DNA of 64,000 bases, taken from positions 352,001-416,000 of the forward strand of contig JBGARZ010000002.1 of the NCBI GenBank assembly GCA_044229975.1, in the 5' to 3' direction. This DNA is from Polyangiales bacterium (lineage in GTDB: Bacteria > Myxococcota_A > Polyangia > Polyangiales > Ga0077539). The notes beneath the pieces are model-generated. The model saw only the letters and a list, made by a program, of their open reading frames with translations, was not told the origin of the DNA and made no database searches. Of the stretch, positions 50,154-60,108 are shown one piece after another (positions within the stretch are counted from its first letter, which is position 1; every line of letters starts with the position of its first letter). The translations under genes were made by a program, and so were the position numbers.

Positions 50154-51923
50154 TCACTGCGCGGGCGCGATCACGGGCATCGCATGCGCTGCGGCGGCCG
50201 GGCGCCCCTCCTCGGGCGCGTTGGCGCGCGAGTGCCGTAGCTCGACGCGCGCGCCGGGCTGGGTGGTGCCCGAGTACACGCCATGCCACCCGGCGGGCAG
50301 CACCGGGTCGGCCCAGAGAAACACCCACCGCGCGTCGCCCGGGCTCAGGTTGATGCAGCCGTGCGACATCCTCCACCCGAAGTAGCTGTGCCAGAACGCC
50401 CCGTGCAGCGCGTACGACCCGTGGAAGTACATCACCCACGGCACGTCCTCGATGCTGTACGGACCGTCGCCCGCCGTGTCGCCGTCCATCGTCGTGGTGA
50501 TGTGCCGCGACTGGATGCGGAAGCTCCCGGTGGGCGACTCGAACTCGTGCGTCTGGTCGCGTGACCGCCCCGCGCGCCCCGACGAGATGACCGTGGCGAA
50601 CACCGGGCGCGGGCCCTCGTACGCGACGAGCACCTGCTCATCGAGGTCGACGTCGATCCACTTCTCCGTCGGGCCGACGCCTTCGGGGGGCGTCCGCAGG
50701 ATGGCGCGGCGCACGTTGCGCTGGTTGACCGCGTGGCCGTCGACGGTGCGCCAGAACACCTGTCCGCCCGAGCGAATCGGCGGTGTGTCGCTGAGCGCGA
50801 AGCTGGTGAGGCGCGGCACCCGGCGGTGCGACGAGGCGCCCTGTCCGTTGGCGTAGGGCGTGTACTCCCACCCGGCCTCGCTCACCATCCACGCCATTGG
50901 GAGGTGGTGCGTCTCGTCGAGCACCTGTCCGCGAAACGGCGACCAGTTGCGGACGTTGGAGAGGCGCCCGTTGCGCACGAAGCCGCCGCTCTGGGTGCGC
51001 CAGTAGACGTCGCCCGCGGAGGAGTCGCGCACGGTGCGGTCGAGCGCCACGTACATGCCCGAGAGCAGCCGTCGGATGACGGGACCACCACGCTCGCCCG
51101 CGAGGTCGGACAGCCTCGGTGGGCCGCCCGCGTCGCGCACCTCGGCGACGCGACGCGCCTGGCGGTTTTCGGTGGTGTCGCCCGGATCAGCGGCGGTGCC
51201 CGCCGCGACGGTGACGGGAGTACCGGCGTCGAGGTCGGTGGCCGACGCGGCCTCGCCGCCATCGGGCGTCGCGCGGGAGAAGCGCCACGGCTCGTACTCG
51301 TGGAGGTCGGCCATGGTCGGCAGGCGCCGGTACATGATCGAGCGGCCGTAGTTGATCGCGTAGGTGTACGGCATCGCCGCGTCGAGGTCGGGCTGCGCGG
51401 GCGGGCGGTAGCCGCGGTTGGGCATCGGGGCCGCGAAGTTGCCGCCGACGCAGACGAAGCCGCCCCCGCGAACGTGGTACCAGCCGCCCTCGGGGTGGTC
51501 GCGGTGCACGATGCAGCCGTCACGACCGACGGGCCCGTCGAGGACGTCGACGACAGCGCCCGCGCGCATGTAGCCGAGCGCCTGCGCCTCGCGGCGGGCC
51601 TCGACGCGCACGGGCGTCCAGGTGGCGAGGGCGATGATCTGGGTGGGCCGCTCGATGACGCCCGCGTCGAAGGGAGGTGGGGTCGCAGCGAGCGTGGCGG
51701 GCGCGGCGGTGGGAGCATCGACGGAGGCGTCGACGAGGGCGACGGGAGACGGCGTGGGCTCGGTGACGAGCGTGGGCGTCACGGTGGGAGGCGCCGGGTC
51801 GCGCAGGGCGAAGATCACCGCCGCAGGGATGGCCCCCCAGAGCGCAGCACGAATCGAGTGGGACCACGGAGAGCGAGGCACGCGGGTGACCTGGAGCGCG
51901 GCGGTGGGCAGGGAGTCGTCCAC
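50154..51923 (-). CDS. L,D-transpeptidase (YkuD) family protein
   Basis: KWIDVDLDEQ, ISSG, TG.FRI, ALHGAFWH..SHGCINL; start approximate. Confidence 0.9.
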   Translation of the reverse strand: MDDSLPTAALQVTRVPRSPWSHSIRAALWGAIPAAVIFALRDPAPPTVTPTLVTEPTPSPVALVDASVDAPTAAPATLAATPPPFDAGVIERPTQIIALATWTPVRVEARREAQALGYMRAGAVVDVLDGPVGRDGCIVHRDHPEGGWYHVRGGGFVCVGGNFAAPMPNRGYRPPAQPDLDAAMPYTYAINYGRSIMYRRLPTMADLHEYEPWRFSRATPDGGEAASATDLDAGTPVTVAAGTAADPGDTTENRQARRVAEVRDAGGPPRLSDLAGERGGPVIRRLLSGMYVALDRTVRDSSAGDVYWRTQSGGFVRNGRLSNVRNWSPFRGQVLDETHHLPMAWMVSEAGWEYTPYANGQGASSHRRVPRLTSFALSDTPPIRSGGQVFWRTVDGHAVNQRNVRRAILRTPPEGVGPTEKWIDVDLDEQVLVAYEGPRPVFATVISSGRAGRSRDQTHEFESPTGSFRIQSRHITTTMDGDTAGDGPYSIEDVPWVMYFHGSYALHGAFWHSYFGWRMSHGCINLSPGDARWVFLWADPVLPAGWHGVYSGTTQPGARVELRHSRANAPEEGRPAAAAHAMPVIAPAQ

Positions 51924-52047
51924 CCGCGGCGGCAACGCTCCCTCTACCGCAATTCCGAGCGCGATCAACCGTCCGAAGTGACGAGCCCTCGCGGCCTTGC
52001 CACGGCTCTTCACATTCCCGTTGGCGAGGCACTACCGTGCGGCCGAC

Positions 52048-53523
52048 GTGAGCCGCGCCCTCGACCTGCTCCGCGACCGACTCGCCGCCACCGCCCTCGG
52101 CGCGCGCGGACTCACCCTCGACGACCCCGACGGTGACCTCCTCGGACTCTCCTTCGAGGGCGACGACACCGGCGTGCGGGCGGCCGTGCGGCTCGTGCGC
52201 GTCCCTTCGCTCGCGTCCCTTCGCGTCGAAGGCCGCTGGATCGAGGTGACCATCGCTCCGTCCCTCCTCGCCGAGGCCGCTGCGCCGGTGGTGCTCGTCG
52301 TCCACGACCCGACGGGGCACGCGGTCTGGGCGACGCGCGAAGAGCTTCTCTCCCGTCTACCGAACGCGACGGCGGACGAATCGTGGCAGGTGCGCCTGAG
52401 CGCCCATGCGGGGGTCGGTGGCTTCGGTCTGCATCGGATGATCTTCGCGTGTGCGATGGGTGTGCTGCGAGCCGTGACGGCGGCTCCCATCGATGGGCTC
52501 GAACCCGGCGCGGTGCGAACGAAGACCCTGCTCCGTCGCTTCCTCGACGAGGGCGAAGGCTTCGACGCGTCGCTCGCCGATCTGCGTGCGCTCGCGGTGC
52601 CCGGGTGGTTCGTCGCGACGCACTCGACGGCGAAGGACGAGGCGACCGTCACCTTCGCAACACCCGCGTACGTCGAGCGGCTCGCGGTGGAGCTGCGCGG
52701 CGCGTTGGAGTCGCTCACGGCTCGTGATTGCGCGATGCGATGTGTCCAGGGTGGCGCGCTGCGGTCCATGTGGAGCAACGACCTCTCGCCTGCGACGGTG
52801 GCCTTCGTGCTGCGGCTCGATCACGCGCGCAACACCCTCGAACTCGAGGCGTCGATGCGCGGTGACCCTGCTTCGGCGGCGACGCTCGCGGTGGCAGCGC
52901 GCTTCGTCTGGCGCTTCGCGCAGGGAGGTCATGTGTCGCTCCTACCCGGGTGCAGCGCGGCGGGCGTGAGCGTTGGGTGCTTCCTCCCCGCGCAGGAGAG
53001 GCCGACGGTGTCGCACGGCGCGGTGGAGACGCTCGACGCGCTCGCGGCCATCGAGCGAAGCGTCGGTCACCCCTTCGACATCGCGCCCGGGCAGCTCGCC
53101 GACCCGATGCTGGCGGACGCTGTCCGCGAGCTGTTGCTGGTGCGATCGTCGGGGCGGGTCGAGCGACTCGCGACCTCGATGCGCTTGTCCCTCACGGCCG
53201 CGGAGGTGAGGCGCCTGCTCGACGCGTCGGGCTTTCAGCGGCGCGTGTCGTTTCGCATGCCCGCGTCGCGGGTGAGCCAGACCCTGATGGGCCTCCCGGT
53301 GGCGCTCGGATCGCGCGTGCAGGAGGTGACCGGAACGCTGGTGCAGTCGCCGGGAGCCCTCGCGACCTTCGTGGCCACGCTCTCGCCTGATGAGCAGGTC
53401 GACCTGGAGCTCAGCGCGGTCGAGGTGCGGGAGTTCTATGAGCTCGCTTCGCCGGGAGCGCCCACCACGGCACCGACGGCCACTCGTGGTGCTCCCAGTG
53501 GTAGCCGAAGTGGAAGCACGTGA
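52048..53523 (+). CDS. hypothetical protein with degenerate DUF4365-like N-terminus
   Basis: Long ORF with natural composition; PVVLVVHDP..AVW segment; 3' end overlaps crtW convergently. Confidence 0.6.
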   Translation: MSRALDLLRDRLAATALGARGLTLDDPDGDLLGLSFEGDDTGVRAAVRLVRVPSLASLRVEGRWIEVTIAPSLLAEAAAPVVLVVHDPTGHAVWATREELLSRLPNATADESWQVRLSAHAGVGGFGLHRMIFACAMGVLRAVTAAPIDGLEPGAVRTKTLLRRFLDEGEGFDASLADLRALAVPGWFVATHSTAKDEATVTFATPAYVERLAVELRGALESLTARDCAMRCVQGGALRSMWSNDLSPATVAFVLRLDHARNTLELEASMRGDPASAATLAVAARFVWRFAQGGHVSLLPGCSAAGVSVGCFLPAQERPTVSHGAVETLDALAAIERSVGHPFDIAPGQLADPMLADAVRELLLVRSSGRVERLATSMRLSLTAAEVRRLLDASGFQRRVSFRMPASRVSQTLMGLPVALGSRVQEVTGTLVQSPGALATFVATLSPDEQVDLELSAVEVREFYELASPGAPTTAPTATRGAPSGSRSGST

Positions 53524-54154
53524 GCAGCGACAGCGCGGGCGCGTAGTCGTTGCTGGTCGCGCGGTGCGCGTCGACGTAGCCGCCGGGTGGGGTGCGGTGC
53601 GGGAGGAAGGTTCCGAAGTAGAAGAGCTGCGCGGTGGAGGCGAGCGCGGGCAGCACCCACAGCGCCAGCAGTCGCCACTGCGAGACGTGCGCGAGGTGCT
53701 GGAGCATGTTGAAGATGACGGCGTGCCCGACGATCTGCGGCCAGCGGAGGTAGTGCCCGATGAAGCGCAGGTACCAGCGGCCGAAGCCCGTGTGTGCGCC
53801 GTCGTGGAAGTCGGGGTCGTCGGCGCTCGCGGGGTGCGCGTGGTGGCCGCGGTGTTCGCGCACGAGCACGTCGTAGGGGAAGAGCGCGTAGAGGCCGACG
53901 CCGAGCGCGCCGAGCGCGGCGTTGAGGCGCGGGCGACCGGGCGCGACCGTGCCGTGCATGGCGTCGTGGGCCACGATGAAGAGGCCCGTGTGGAGCCACG
54001 TGCGGAGCGCGATGAGCGGCAGCCAGAGCGGTAGCGGGAGCCACGCCGCGGGAGCAGCGAGCGCGACGGTGAGGGTGAGCGCCCACGCCGCGACGATGAG
54101 CGCGCCGAGGGCGAACCCGGCGAGGGGCTTCGTCGCTGTGGGCGAGGCGTTCAA
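53411..54154 (-). CDS. crtW: beta-carotene ketolase (fatty acid desaturase superfamily)
   Basis: His boxes TGLFIVAHDAMHG, HRGHH..DPDF, QLFYFGTFLPH, TCFHFGYHWEHH..P.VPWWALP; TTG start overlaps the upstream TGA. Confidence 0.88.
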   Translation of the reverse strand: MNASPTATKPLAGFALGALIVAAWALTLTVALAAPAAWLPLPLWLPLIALRTWLHTGLFIVAHDAMHGTVAPGRPRLNAALGALGVGLYALFPYDVLVREHRGHHAHPASADDPDFHDGAHTGFGRWYLRFIGHYLRWPQIVGHAVIFNMLQHLAHVSQWRLLALWVLPALASTAQLFYFGTFLPHRTPPGGYVDAHRATSNDYAPALSLLTCFHFGYHWEHHEWPSVPWWALPAKRAHRTPAPRPR

Positions 54155-56103
54155 CGCACGTTGATTTCGGGGAGGCCGCAGCGCACGCCGATGGCGTCGA
54201 GCTCGGAGCCCGAGCGCCCGAAGAAGGTCGTCACCGCGGTGTGCTGCCCCGCGCTCGCGTTGGGGCACTCGTAGTTGAAGACGGTGCCGCCGGTGCCGCC
54301 GTAGTCACCGCGAGCGGCGGTGCCCACGAGCTCCAGACGCCAGCCGGAGGTGGCAGAGCCGACGACGTTCCAGTAGCCGCAGGTGAAGGCGAAGCGGTCG
54401 ACGCGCGACCCTGAGCGCCCGCTGATGCCGGACACGAACGACCCCGACTCGCAGCTCGCCGAGAAGGGGGTCCCTCCGCTGCCGCCGCGCACCCCGGGGA
54501 TCGTCGTCGGGGGCACCGCGCGGACGTAGTAGCGAAACGGCGTCACGGTCCGGTCTTCCTGGAGCGAGAGCCGCATGCAGCGCACGCCGAGCTGATCGAC
54601 GCGAGACCCGGCGCGCCCGTCGAAGCCGACCGCCGCTCCGCTCGCGCAGATGTCGGTAAACGAACCGCCGCCGCCGCCGCCGTACTGCGGGCTGCTGGCG
54701 GTGTCGCCCGGCGTTCCGATGCCGGTGGGGCAGCCGTCGTCCACCACGCCGTCGCAGTCGTTGTCCGCGCCGTCGCAGACCTCCGTCACGGTGCGCCCGC
54801 ACGCGCCGCAATTTGCAGGCGTGTTGAGCGGGGTCTCGCAGCCATTGCCGTAGATCCCGTCGCAGTTGCCGAAGCCCGATCCGCACGCGGTGATCTGGCA
54901 CATCGACCCCGCGCACCCGGTGCTCGCGTTGGGCGCCGAGCACGCGCGACCGCACGCTCCGCAGTGGGCCTCGCTGCTACGCGCGTCGGTTTCGCAGCCG
55001 TTGGCGTCGTCGCCGTCGCAGCTCGCGTAGCCCGACGCGCACACCAGGGCGCACGCGCGGGACACACACGCCGCCGGGGCGTTGGGGCGCGACGGGCAGA
55101 CGGTGCCGCAGGCGCCGCACTGGGTGGGCGACGTGACGAGGTCGACCTCGCAGCCGTTGCCGGGGCTGCCGTCGCAATCGGCGAAGCCCACCTCGCAGGT
55201 GATCCCGCAGCGGCCCACCACGCAGGTGCGCGTCGAGACGTGCGGACCGATCGGGCACACGGTCGCGCAGGACCCGCAGTGATCGACGTCGGTCTCGGCG
55301 TTGACCTCGCAGCCGTTGGCCGCGGCGCCGTCGCAGTTGGCATACCCGGAGATGCAGGTGCCGACGTTGCACGTTCCGCCGCTGCACGCGCCGACGGCGT
55401 TGGGCAGGCCGCAGCGGTTGTCGCAGGCGCCGCAGCTCACCGTGCTCGCCATGAGGTTGACGCAGGCGCCCGAGCAGCAGGTCTCGCCCGTCGGGCACGC
55501 GCTCGTGGCGCTGCACCCGGCGACGCAGAGACCGCCGGCGCACTGGCGGCCGACGGGGCAGTCGGTGTCGGCGACGCACTGGGCGCACTCGTGGCGCGAG
55601 GTGTCGCAGCGCGTCCGCGTGGCGCCGCCGTCGGCGACGGAGAGGCAGCCCTCGTCGCTGCGGCAGCCCGCGACGCAGGTGAGGGTCGCGGGGTCGCAGT
55701 GGCGCGTGGGCTCGCAGGTGTCGGCCGCGGGAAGGCATTGCACGCAGCGCCCGGTGAGCGTGTCGCAGCTCCGACCGGCGGGGTCGGTCGCGCAGTCGGC
55801 GTTCGATCGACAGCTCGCCGTGTCGGCGGTGGGCGTATCCATCGTCGAGGGCGTGTCGATGGTGGGCGGCGTGTCCATCGACGCGGGGACGTCCGGGGTC
55901 GAGGCGTCGACGCCGAGGTCGATGACCGTTGGGACGTCTCGGGTTGCGCCGGTGTCCTCGCCCGCGTCTTCGACCACGCCGACGTCGGGGACGATGACCT
56001 CTGCCACGTCGCCCGCGTCACACGCCGCGAAGAGCGCGCCCGCCGTGAGGAGGAGTGCTGATCGATGAACCTTCGAGACCCGACCGACGCGCAGTGACCA
56101 CAT
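54151..56103 (-). CDS. Cys-rich repeat lipoprotein with MopE-like motif and C-terminal jacalin/beta-prism-like domain
   Basis: Lipobox FAAC, acidic linker, 4x G..CDG...NGCE...CG.C repeats, EVCDGADNDCDGVVDDGC, three GG.GG..F..C..GR.GS..D repeats. Confidence 0.85.
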   Translation of the reverse strand: MWSLRVGRVSKVHRSALLLTAGALFAACDAGDVAEVIVPDVGVVEDAGEDTGATRDVPTVIDLGVDASTPDVPASMDTPPTIDTPSTMDTPTADTASCRSNADCATDPAGRSCDTLTGRCVQCLPAADTCEPTRHCDPATLTCVAGCRSDEGCLSVADGGATRTRCDTSRHECAQCVADTDCPVGRQCAGGLCVAGCSATSACPTGETCCSGACVNLMASTVSCGACDNRCGLPNAVGACSGGTCNVGTCISGYANCDGAAANGCEVNAETDVDHCGSCATVCPIGPHVSTRTCVVGRCGITCEVGFADCDGSPGNGCEVDLVTSPTQCGACGTVCPSRPNAPAACVSRACALVCASGYASCDGDDANGCETDARSSEAHCGACGRACSAPNASTGCAGSMCQITACGSGFGNCDGIYGNGCETPLNTPANCGACGRTVTEVCDGADNDCDGVVDDGCPTGIGTPGDTASSPQYGGGGGGSFTDICASGAAVGFDGRAGSRVDQLGVRCMRLSLQEDRTVTPFRYYVRAVPPTTIPGVRGGSGGTPFSASCESGSFVSGISGRSGSRVDRFAFTCGYWNVVGSATSGWRLELVGTAARGDYGGTGGTVFNYECPNASAGQHTAVTTFFGRSGSELDAIGVRCGLPEINVR

Positions 56104-56114
56104 GGCCACGCAGC

Positions 56115-56777
56115 CTAGCGGACCACGGCGCTTCGTGGGGAGGGACTCTGCCGCGGGGCGCGCACCTCGCGCTGACACTCCGACGCCTGCCGGTCGGCGT
56201 CGATCGCGGACAGCACGTATGAGCGCGGCGTCACCGAGAGGCGCGCCCGGTCACGACACATCGCGTCGCGCACCCGCAGGTGGGCTCCGACCGTCACGCG
56301 AACGCGGTGGGCGTCGTCGCCCGGCGGGTCGCTGGCATGGGCCGCGAGGTCGAGCGCGACGGCCTGCCAGAGGTCGTCGTTGCTGCCGCTGCACATCGTC
56401 GTGAGCGAGCTCGTCACGGCCTCGGCGCGCCGGTGATGGGCGTCGGTGGCGATGACCCGCAGCGGCCGACGCGCGACCTCGTCGCCCCAGCTCCGTCGCG
56501 AGACCGCGACGCGCAGGTCGTCGCAGTCGGCCTGGAGGAGAGCCCGCTGCGCGCCCGCCACCTCGCCCAGTCCGCCGCTGTCGCGCGCGTCCTGTGCGAG
56601 TCGGCCGAGGTCGCGGCGGGTCGCGTCGCCGCACGAGCAGATGCGCTCGGCGCGCGTCCACCACGTCGCCCGGTCGCGCCGCGCCCGCACCGCGAAGCCT
56701 GCGCCGACGAAGGCCAGCGCCGCGCCGACGACGACGCCAACGAGGGCCTTCCGAGAGGGAGCGTCGGCCACGCTCAC
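56115..56777 (-). CDS. membrane-anchored Cys-containing hypothetical protein
   Basis: GTG start overlaps the upstream stop (GTGA); N-terminal TM, helical domain with 6 Cys. Confidence 0.68.
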   Translation of the reverse strand: MSVADAPSRKALVGVVVGAALAFVGAGFAVRARRDRATWWTRAERICSCGDATRRDLGRLAQDARDSGGLGEVAGAQRALLQADCDDLRVAVSRRSWGDEVARRPLRVIATDAHHRRAEAVTSSLTTMCSGSNDDLWQAVALDLAAHASDPPGDDAHRVRVTVGAHLRVRDAMCRDRARLSVTPRSYVLSAIDADRQASECQREVRAPRQSPSPRSAVVR

Positions 56778-58642
56778 TCGCCCCGCAGGTGCGGGTCGAC
56801 GAACAGCGGCACCCGGAAGGTCGCGTTGAGCGCGTAGTGCTCGGTCGGCGCAGCAGCGCGCTGGCCGAAGCGACCCAGCACCAGGCCCGACCCCTCCATC
56901 ACCCACGCGATGAAGGTCTCCGCGGCCACGCGTCCGAGGCGCGCGCACTGCACCTCGGGCCGGTCGGCCTCGCCGTCGCCCACCGAGCGCCACGTCATGG
57001 CGTAGCGCTGGAGCGTGGCGAGACGGTCCCTCGCCCGTTGTCGCTCAGGATCGGCGCGCACCGCGAGCAGGGCGTCGCGCAGCACGTCGAGGGGGCGCTC
57101 GGCGTTGGGGAGCACCACGCGACCGAAGAGTTCCTTGCCCTCGTCGGCCGACCAGATGACCCGCGCGCCGTCGGAGCGCAGCTCCGCTTCACCGATGAAG
57201 TAGAGCCACAGCGCGAAGCCCAGCGCGCGCAGCTCGCCGACGTCCACCAGCCGCTGCGGCGCGCCAAAGCGCTCCACCAGGCCGACCGCCAGCGCCCCTT
57301 CGCCGCCCGGCACCGCCACGATGCGCGGGACGCTCTCGCCCGGCGTCCACCGCGCGAGCAGCGATCCCGTCTGCGGCGCCGCGACGCCGGGCTCCACCCG
57401 CGCGATCACCTCGCGCGAGAGGTGGATGCGAACGCCCCCCGCCTCGGCCTCGGCGGTCTGCGCCACGACCAGCCGAACGCTGTCGGGGAAGAGCACCGGA
57501 AACGCCGCCACGTCGGCTTCGGTGATGGCCGCGCGCCGCTGCGATCGCGCCGCGGCTGCGAGCAACGGGTTGAGCACGAGCGAGCGATAGCCCTGCGCGT
57601 TGGGGTGATCTTCGAGCCAGTGGGCCTGGCCGTGGCCGCGCGCCACGTTGGCGACGGACTCCAGGCGACCGACGCCCGCGAGCAGCTCGACGCCCGCCGT
57701 CGAGGCGCTGTCGGCCGCCATGCTGGTGCGCCCGGTGCCTGCGTCGCGCGACGTGTCCCGCGGGGCCATCCGCACCGTCACGACGGCGCGGCCGTTGGGG
57801 TCGACGAGGTCGACGGTTCCGCCTTCGCCGCGGATGGGCTGGAAGAAGAGCAGCTCCGCGAAGCGGGTGCCCCACCCCGGATCGCGCTGCGGCAGGTACG
57901 CGATGACCTCGCTCGCGTCGCTGCCGTTGCGCGGCACCACGCCGAGGCGCAGCGGGCCGACCCCGCGAGCGTCCGCCGAGAGCGCGCCCACCGACGGCGC
58001 CGTCTCGCCGAGCAGCACCTGCAAGCCCTTCTGCCACGGCGGCGCCGCTTCGTGTCCCGGCGACCACAAGCCGTTGCGCTCGAACCACCCGCGCCACTCG
58101 GCGAGCAGCTTCAGCGCGTCGGCGCGCTCGGCGCTGGCGTCGATGCGGGTCTTGAGATCGCTCCAGTAGTTTTCGCGCGCGACCCGCGGCGCGCACCACA
58201 GGAGACACATCGGATCGGCCCCGCCCACCAGCAGCCGTCGGCCTTCGGAGCCCTGTCGGCGCGCGTCGCGCAGGAGACCGAGAAACCGGCACTCGGGGCG
58301 CAGGTCGGCGAGCATCGCGCCGAGGTTGTCGACCTCGGGGCGGCGCAGGTCGGTGAGCTCCAGCGTGACCTCGCCGAGCACGAGACCGAGCAGGAGAAGA
58401 CGCCAGCGCTCGAAGGACTGCTGGAGCCGCGGGTTGACCAGCTCGGGCTGCGGCTGCTGGGCGCCCGGGTCGAGCAGGAGCTGCCCCAGCAGGTGGGACA
58501 TCATCTCGGCCTGCGCGAAGGGCGTCGGGAAGCTCTTGGTGCGCAGGTGCGCGGGCGTCGGCTGCCAGGCGCCCTTCTTCTGGTCGAGCGCGAAGGTGTC
58601 GGTGGTCGAGGCGTCGTTGGAGCCGGGGATGAGTTGGATCAC
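56774..58642 (-). CDS. hypothetical protein (622 aa), partner of the tubulin-like gene
   Basis: Starts 4 nt after the tubulin-like stop; SFPTPFAQA, RWRLLLLGL and VGGADPMCL segments. Confidence 0.8.
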   Translation of the reverse strand: MIQLIPGSNDASTTDTFALDQKKGAWQPTPAHLRTKSFPTPFAQAEMMSHLLGQLLLDPGAQQPQPELVNPRLQQSFERWRLLLLGLVLGEVTLELTDLRRPEVDNLGAMLADLRPECRFLGLLRDARRQGSEGRRLLVGGADPMCLLWCAPRVARENYWSDLKTRIDASAERADALKLLAEWRGWFERNGLWSPGHEAAPPWQKGLQVLLGETAPSVGALSADARGVGPLRLGVVPRNGSDASEVIAYLPQRDPGWGTRFAELLFFQPIRGEGGTVDLVDPNGRAVVTVRMAPRDTSRDAGTGRTSMAADSASTAGVELLAGVGRLESVANVARGHGQAHWLEDHPNAQGYRSLVLNPLLAAAARSQRRAAITEADVAAFPVLFPDSVRLVVAQTAEAEAGGVRIHLSREVIARVEPGVAAPQTGSLLARWTPGESVPRIVAVPGGEGALAVGLVERFGAPQRLVDVGELRALGFALWLYFIGEAELRSDGARVIWSADEGKELFGRVVLPNAERPLDVLRDALLAVRADPERQRARDRLATLQRYAMTWRSVGDGEADRPEVQCARLGRVAAETFIAWVMEGSGLVLGRFGQRAAAPTEHYALNATFRVPLFVDPHLRGE

Positions 58643-58646
58643 GGCG

Positions 58647-60071
58647 TCAGCTCCGGAGGGCGGCGAGCAGCGAGCGCTCGATCTTCATGGCGAGCTCGGC
58701 GTCGGGGTCGGGCTGGTGCCCGCGGGCGCGCTCGGCCCCGGCCGTGGACTCGAACTGAAACGCATCGACCAGCAGCTTGAAGGCCTCAGGCGCCTTCCAC
58801 TGCCGGTGCTTGCGGACGGCGTAGAGCTGGCGCGCGCGCGGGTCGCCGAAGAGCGAGAGGTCGGTGTCGCCGAACACCTGCGCGAACCACGACGTGACGA
58901 AGCGGAGCTGGGCGCTGCGCGCTTCGAGGGCGTTGAGCACGCGCCGCGCGAAGGCCGAGTCGCGGTCGTGCTGCGCGCGGGCGACGTTGCTGATGAGCGA
59001 CCCCCAGGTGCTGCGCGCCTTCTCGTAGTCGAAGTCGACGAAGTCCGAGTCCTTCTGGCGAAACGACGCGTAGACCTCCTGAAGAATGAGCGCCTCCACG
59101 AGCCGCGCGCCGAGCGTGGCGTCGCGGGAGCCGCGCGGGGTGTTCCACTTGCGGCGCAGGGGCCAGGCGGGGTCGTGCTCGTCGTGCGAGAGGCCGTAGG
59201 TGCGGTGCATCGCGCGGGCCTGCGTGTCGGTCTTGTCGGGCAGCATCAGCAGGCCGTAGGCGGCGAGCAGGGGATACATGCTGACGGTCTCGTCGTTTTC
59301 CATCGCGGCGGGCACGGCCTTGATGTGCGCCGTGGGGTTGTCCGGAACGCCCAGCAGCACCGAGGCGTCGAGGAGCGCGCGGGTATACCGATAGAAGTAT
59401 TCGAGGCCGTGCCCCATCGAGGCGAGCAGGGTCGAGGTGTCGACGGTCTGCCCGGTGGTGGGCGGCAGGTCGAACCACCGCAACAGAAACGATCCGTAGA
59501 TGGGCTTCGCGGGCCCGACGGCCTCGCGCACCAGCTTGATGAGCTGGTGGGTGATGCCCGCGCCGGTGCCGCCGAGGAAGGAGCCCACGACAAAGATGCG
59601 CGCGGCGGTGCGGGCGCGGCCGAAGAGCGGGTCCATCGCGCCGCCCTTGCTCGACGCAAACACCGCGCTGCCGACGCTCGGATTGGCGAACATCCCCTTG
59701 CCGATGTCGACGCCCGCCGAGACGCCGACGCCGCCGTCCACGCCGCCCGACTCCTCGTCGTAGAAGAGCTCGAAGAGCTCGCGCTCCAACGGGTCGGCGC
59801 GGTCGTCGAGGAAGATCCGGCGGAAGGCCGTCTCCTTCATGGTGTCGCGCGCAAAGGGCGGGATCACCGCCTCGGCGCCTTCGAGCGGGTGAGGACACCC
59901 GGCGCTCACGGTGTTGCCGAAGGAGCGGAGCTTCACGGCGAGCCGCGAGTCGCTGTCGGCGTCGATGACGAAGGTCTCGATGGGCTCGGCGAGGGCGCCG
60001 ACCCGAAGGAGGCGCGCGACGGCGAGGGCGATGTGCTGTCCGCCGCCGCCGACGGCGATCACGAGGTCCAT
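58647..60071 (-). CDS. divergent tubulin/FtsZ-superfamily GTPase
   Basis: N-terminal IAVGGGGQ (T1), FVIDAD (T2), GMFANPSVGS (T3-like), GSFLGGTGAG (T4 signature); RBS GGGAGAG. Confidence 0.85.
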   Translation of the reverse strand: MDLVIAVGGGGQHIALAVARLLRVGALAEPIETFVIDADSDSRLAVKLRSFGNTVSAGCPHPLEGAEAVIPPFARDTMKETAFRRIFLDDRADPLERELFELFYDEESGGVDGGVGVSAGVDIGKGMFANPSVGSAVFASSKGGAMDPLFGRARTAARIFVVGSFLGGTGAGITHQLIKLVREAVGPAKPIYGSFLLRWFDLPPTTGQTVDTSTLLASMGHGLEYFYRYTRALLDASVLLGVPDNPTAHIKAVPAAMENDETVSMYPLLAAYGLLMLPDKTDTQARAMHRTYGLSHDEHDPAWPLRRKWNTPRGSRDATLGARLVEALILQEVYASFRQKDSDFVDFDYEKARSTWGSLISNVARAQHDRDSAFARRVLNALEARSAQLRFVTSWFAQVFGDTDLSLFGDPRARQLYAVRKHRQWKAPEAFKLLVDAFQFESTAGAERARGHQPDPDAELAMKIERSLLAALRS

Positions 60072-60108
60072 GTCGATGCTCTCCCGGGGTGAAGGCTGCG
60101 CGGTCTCT

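Noticed and set aside
58647..60071. Calling the tubulin-like gene canonical ftsZ or plasmid tubZ
   Set aside because: No GAGA.P..G T3 motif of FtsZ type, no recognisable T7 loop or C-terminal peptide, and no dcw or tubR/centromere context
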